Shown here: in pieces, positions 60,037 to 64,000 of the stretch
Layout: the number at the start of each line of letters is the position of its first letter
How positions within the stretch are numbered: the stretch's first letter is position 1
Source: an uncultured Lachnospiraceae bacterium
Lineage (GTDB): Bacteria; Bacillota; Clostridia; Lachnospirales; Lachnospiraceae
Assembly (NCBI GenBank): GCA_947630485.1
Contig: CANRHU010000006.1
Location: 528 to 64,527, forward strand
Reading direction: 5' to 3'
Length of the DNA: 64,000 nt
Program-made: the position numbers and the translations under genes
Notes under the pieces: model-generated
Databases searched by the model: none
The model's input: the letters and a program-made list of their open reading frames with translations, nothing else
Told to the model about the DNA's origin: nothing

Positions 60037-60998
60037 CACTCGTACCTCCTGCATCTGACCTGTCTGCCGTCAGGCGTCTCTGTGAGCTGGATTCTCTCCT
60101 TCTCGCATTCCGGGCAGGCATACTTACAACGGGGTGCGAAACGGCAGCCCTTCGGCATGTCGTAGAGACTGGGAACCAGTCCGTCAAGCGTGCGCAGGCG
60201 CTCCACATTGTCATTCACATCCGGGATGGAATCCATCAGGCCGATGGTGTATGGGTGCCTCGGCTCCGCGAAAAGCTCCTCGGTCTTCGCCTTCTCCACG
60301 ATATCCCCCGCGTACATCACAGCCACCTCGTCCGCCATCTCCGCGATGACGCCCAGATCATGGGTGATAATGATGATGGACATGCCCAGCTTCTTCTTAA
60401 GGGAATTCAGAAGGTCCAGAATCTGCGCCTGGATGGTCACGTCGAGGGCCGTCGTCGGTTCATCGGCAATCAGAAGCTCCGGGTCGCCGGCCAGGGCCAT
60501 GGCGATCATGACGCGCTGGCGCATACCGCCCGACATCTGATGGGGATACTCCTCCACGCGCTTGGCGGCCTCCGGGATGCCCACAAGCTCCAAAAGCTCG
60601 ACGGCCCGCGCCTTCGCCTGCTTCTTGTCCATGCCCTTGTGGAGAATCAGGGATTCCTCAATCTGGTATCCGATCGTGAACACCGGATTTAAAGAGGTCA
60701 TCGGCTCCTGAAAGATCATGGAAATCTTGTTGCCGCGAAGCCGGCGCATCTCCTTTTCAGGGAGCTTGAGAAGATCCTGTCCGTCAAACAGGATGCTCCC
60801 GCCCTCATAGCGGCCGGTCGCCGGATCCACGAGGCGCATGATGGACAGACTGGTGACGCTCTTGCCGCAGCCGGACTCGCCGACGATTCCGAGCACTTTC
60901 CCTTTATCCAGAGAAAAGGTCACGCCGTCCACAGCCTTGCCGACGCCGGCATCCGTATAGAAATAGGTCTTTAGATCTTTTACTTCCAGTAAACTCAT
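60036..60998 (-). CDS. oligopeptide/dipeptide ABC transporter ATP-binding protein (OppD/DppD-type)
   Basis: Walker [10 protein letters not shown], signature MSGGMRQR, Walker [13 protein letters not shown], and a C-terminal CRFAPRC motif. Confidence 0.85.
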   Translation of the reverse strand: MSLLEVKDLKTYFYTDAGVGKAVDGVTFSLDKGKVLGIVGESGCGKSVTSLSIMRLVDPATGRYEGGSILFDGQDLLKLPEKEMRRLRGNKISMIFQEPMTSLNPVFTIGYQIEESLILHKGMDKKQAKARAVELLELVGIPEAAKRVEEYPHQMSGGMRQRVMIAMALAGDPELLIADEPTTALDVTIQAQILDLLNSLKKKLGMSIIIITHDLGVIAEMADEVAVMYAGDIVEKAKTEELFAEPRHPYTIGLMDSIPDVNDNVERLRTLDGLVPSLYDMPKGCRFAPRCKYACPECEKERIQLTETPDGRQVRCRRYE

Positions 60999-61009
60999 GG
61001 CTCCCCTCC

Positions 61010-62092
61010 TTATCCGATATGGATCTCGTGAGGCGTGTGGGACAGATTCTCCACGCCGTCCTCCGTGACCAGCACGTCGTCCTCCGTGCGCACGCCGCAG
61101 TCGTTCGGGAAATACAGCCCCGGCTCCACCGTAAAGATCATACCCGGCCTAAGCACCGTCTCATTGCCAATGACGATGCGCGGGCACTCGTGGATCTGAA
61201 GGCCGATTCCGTGACCGAGCCCGCGCAGGGCGTAATCATCCAGGCCCTCCCGCAGATAGACCGCCCTGTGGGCGTCCTCCACATCCCTGGCCAGGACGCC
61301 GGGACGGATTGCCGCAATCGCCAGATCCTGCGACTCCTGAACCAGGTCGAAAATCCGCTTGTGCGCTTCCGACACATTGCCGAACAGGAGCGTCCTGGTC
61401 ATATCGGAACAGTAACCGTCCTTCATGACGCCGAAGTCCACGACCACCATGTCGCCGTCCTCGATCACCTTGTTTGTCGGAAACGCGTGGGCAAGCGCGC
61501 CTCTGGCGCCGGAACCGACGATCGTCCCGAAGCTTAGGGCCTCCGCGCCCTCCTTGGAGACGAGATAATGCAGTTCGTCCGCCACGTCCTTTTCCGTCAT
61601 ACCGATCCGCAGCTTCGGAAGGAGCTTGTCAAAGCCGGCCTCCGCGCAGCGGATTGCCTCGCGGGTACAGGCGATCTCCTCCTCGTCCTTGACCATGCGC
61701 TGCTCCAGAAAATATTCCTGCTCGAAAACGACGCGGATATCGCCCAGCTTCTCCTTTAGCGGGAAATACTCGTCCACCGTCATGCAGGACTCCATCACCA
61801 TCGAAGTAATGCCCATACGCCTCACGGTCTCGGCCACAAGCTGCAGCCGGTTTGCCGCGTGTTCGATGATCTCCACGTCCACGGTCTGCTGCTGGGCCTG
61901 GGTCGTGTAGCGCTTGTCGGTCACCATGGCCGCGCGGTCCTCCGTGATAATCAGATAGCCGTTGCTGCCGGTGAAGCCGCAGTAATACCGCCTGTTCTCA
62001 TAGGAGGTGAACATGGCTCCGTCCAGCTTATGCTCCTTCATATAAGCGCGCACTCCCCTAAGGCGCTTTTCAAATGTCTCTCTTCTATCCAT
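61010..62092 (-). CDS. M24-family Xaa-Pro aminopeptidase
   Basis: Creatinase-like N-domain plus a pita-bread domain with metal ligands (DFG...[22 protein letters not shown]). Confidence 0.85.
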   Translation of the reverse strand: MDRRETFEKRLRGVRAYMKEHKLDGAMFTSYENRRYYCGFTGSNGYLIITEDRAAMVTDKRYTTQAQQQTVDVEIIEHAANRLQLVAETVRRMGITSMVMESCMTVDEYFPLKEKLGDIRVVFEQEYFLEQRMVKDEEEIACTREAIRCAEAGFDKLLPKLRIGMTEKDVADELHYLVSKEGAEALSFGTIVGSGARGALAHAFPTNKVIEDGDMVVVDFGVMKDGYCSDMTRTLLFGNVSEAHKRIFDLVQESQDLAIAAIRPGVLARDVEDAHRAVYLREGLDDYALRGLGHGIGLQIHECPRIVIGNETVLRPGMIFTVEPGLYFPNDCGVRTEDDVLVTEDGVENLSHTPHEIHIG

Positions 62093-62103
62093 GCCGCTTC
62101 ACC

Positions 62104-62994
62104 TCATTTCTTCTGCTTGGCATCCAGCGCGTCGCGCAGACCGTCGCCGATAAAGTTGATACTAAGTACCGCCAGGAAAATGCACGCGCCTGCCGGCACC
62201 CACTGCCAGGGCCGTCCGGTCAGGGTGGCTAAGTTGTTGGCCTCAATCAGCATATTGCCCCAGCTGGCTGTCGGAAGCTGCACGCCGACGCCCAGATAGC
62301 TTAAGGACGCCTCGGTCAGAATCGCGCGGGCCATCTGCATCGTGGCCTCGACAATGATCGGCGCCATGACGTTGGGGATAACATGGGAGAATATGATCCG
62401 GAAATCGGACGCGCCCAGCGACACGGCCGCATGGACGTACTCCATCTCGCGGACGCGCAGGATCTCGCCGCGGACCAGCCGGGCCGTACCCGTCCAGTTG
62501 CACAGACCCATGATGATCATGATATTGTAGATGCTGGGCTTTAAGATCGTGGCGATGATGATGATCAGAAACATCACCGGGAAGCAGTTGACAACGTCAA
62601 CGCACCTCATAATAACCATATCCGCCACGCCGCCGAAGTATCCGGAAATGGCGCCCAGCACAATGCCGATGATTGTGGAAATTCCCACGGCCACGAGGCC
62701 GACGCTCATGGAGACGCGGGCCGCGTACACCAGGCGGCTGAATTCGTCGCGCCCCAGGCTGTCGGTTCCCAGGATCGTATGGCTGTCCACAGGGGACATA
62801 TTCTTAAGGATCTTCGTACCGTCGCGCAGACTGATATAGGGATCGTTCTGCGACAGAATCGGCGCGAAGATCGCCGCCAGCACCATGATAATGATGACGG
62901 CGCTGCCCACAAGGGCCAGCTTATTCTTTCGGAAGCGCTTCCAGGCATCCGATTTGAAAGGATTTTGTCTCTGCTTAAATTTCGTCTTTGCCAT
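62104..62994 (-). CDS. peptide ABC transporter permease (OppC/DppC-type)
   Basis: Six TM segments with an EAA-like loop (EYVHAAVSLGASDFRIIFSHVIPN). Confidence 0.85.
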   Translation of the reverse strand: MAKTKFKQRQNPFKSDAWKRFRKNKLALVGSAVIIIMVLAAIFAPILSQNDPYISLRDGTKILKNMSPVDSHTILGTDSLGRDEFSRLVYAARVSMSVGLVAVGISTIIGIVLGAISGYFGGVADMVIMRCVDVVNCFPVMFLIIIIATILKPSIYNIMIIMGLCNWTGTARLVRGEILRVREMEYVHAAVSLGASDFRIIFSHVIPNVMAPIIVEATMQMARAILTEASLSYLGVGVQLPTASWGNMLIEANNLATLTGRPWQWVPAGACIFLAVLSINFIGDGLRDALDAKQKK

Positions 62995-63006
62995 GTGCGC
63001 ACCTCC

Positions 63007-63966
63007 CTAGTAGCGGATTCTGGGATCCACGAAGGAATACATGATATCCGCCAGCAGATTGCCCAAGAGCACCAGAACCGCCGTAAACAGCGTCAGCCCC
63101 ATCAGAACCTGATAGTCGCGGTTATTGATGGCTTCTACGCCCAGAAGACCCATGCCCGGCCATCCGAACACCTTCTCGGTGATGTAGGCGCCTCCGAACA
63201 GATTCGGAATGGACTGTCCGAAAATCGTGATTACGGGGATCATGGAGTTTTTGAGCGCATGCTTGTAGATGACCGCCTTCTCCGACAGTCCTTTGGCGCG
63301 GGCTGTGCGGATGTAGTCCTGGCTCAGCGTCTCCAGCATACTGGAACGCGCGAAACGGGTCACCGTAGCGATGTTGCTTAGGGACATCACCACAGCCGGC
63401 ATCACCAGATAGCGGAGCCGGTGAAGAAACAGCGCCATGCCTGTTCCCTTAAAGCTGCTGGAACCGAACCCGGAGGTGGGGAACCATTTCAGTTTCAGCG
63501 CGAATATGTAGATCATTCCCATGCCGAAGAAAAAGCTTGGAACGGATATTCCGATGAAGGAAAATACCGTAAGTCCGTAATCGGCCTTGGAATACTTGTG
63601 GGTCGCCGAGTATACGCCCAGCGGAATGCCGATCACAAAGCTGAACACGAAGGCCGTCACCGTCAGAAGAAGCGTAGCCGGAAGTCTCGTCAGGATCATA
63701 TCCAGCACGTTCTGGCCGTTGTAGGTGCTGAAGCCGAAGTTGCCGTGAATGAGCTGAACGAGCCATTTTCCGTACTGAACGATGATGGGATCGTTTAAGC
63801 CCATGGCCTCTCTCGCCCTCTGCAGGGATTCGCTGGAGGTTCTGGGACTGATCATGCCCGTTAACGGGCCGCCCGGGGCCAGCTGCATGATGAAAAATGT
63901 CAGAATCGTAATGCCGAAGATAACCGGTACCGCCTGAATCAGGCGCTTTCGGATGTACTTTCCCAT
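63007..63966 (-). CDS. peptide ABC transporter permease (OppB/DppB-type)
   Basis: MGKYIRKRLIQAVPVIFGITILTFFIM is the typical OppB N-terminus. The loop YIRTARAKGLSEKAVIYKHALKN is present. Confidence 0.85.
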   Translation of the reverse strand: MGKYIRKRLIQAVPVIFGITILTFFIMQLAPGGPLTGMISPRTSSESLQRAREAMGLNDPIIVQYGKWLVQLIHGNFGFSTYNGQNVLDMILTRLPATLLLTVTAFVFSFVIGIPLGVYSATHKYSKADYGLTVFSFIGISVPSFFFGMGMIYIFALKLKWFPTSGFGSSSFKGTGMALFLHRLRYLVMPAVVMSLSNIATVTRFARSSMLETLSQDYIRTARAKGLSEKAVIYKHALKNSMIPVITIFGQSIPNLFGGAYITEKVFGWPGMGLLGVEAINNRDYQVLMGLTLFTAVLVLLGNLLADIMYSFVDPRIRY

Positions 63967-64000
63967 AGCGCCTCCTTATCTCTGATTCGCCGCCATGACA

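Overview
This is a GC-rich, Clostridia-type chromosomal segment. The gene content and order resemble Lachnospiraceae or Oscillospiraceae, but the taxon is inference only. I call about 66 tightly packed protein-coding genes. All are on the minus strand except a seven-gene phosphate block (pstSCAB-phoU-phoPR, 39.4-45.9 kb). I recognised no rRNA, tRNA, CRISPR array, transposase or prophage genes.

Layout:
- 0-5.7 kb: LysM protein, XerC/D-like recombinase, TtcA-like PP-loop ATPase, rluD-lspA-aroB.
- 5.8-18.5 kb: division and elongation supercluster. Order is sepF, yggS, HlyD-like, a minimal P-loop protein, a D-Ala-D-Ala carboxypeptidase, mgsA, rodA, minEDC, PBP2, mreDC, radC. No mreB is present.
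- 18.7-21.7 kb: ynbB-like, miaA and an MBL hydrolase.
- 21.8-37.1 kb: a roughly 15 kb accessory block wedged between miaA and mutL. It holds an SdpR/SdpI-like/YhfC module, two ECF sigma modules, an XRE-TPR regulator plus lipoprotein, a flavodoxin-like protein, a GNAT, hicAB, a vWA protein and a Fic plus HTH-like pair.
- 37.1-50.0 kb: mutL, the pst-pho block, mutS and miaB.
- 50.1-64 kb: a DUF3160-type lipoprotein pair, proA, DUF896, a MATE pump, a YheO-aminotransferase-RidA group, and a peptide ABC operon with an embedded M24 peptidase.

No helicase-, nuclease- or ATPase-type defence system is visible. The most unusual items are small modules inside the mutL-miaA accessory block (Fic plus HTH-like partner plus vWA; orphan SdpRI-like plus YhfC; XRE-TPR plus lipoprotein) and several short tandem repeat arrays in leader or intergenic DNA. 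All functional calls come from reading motifs by eye. No database search was run.
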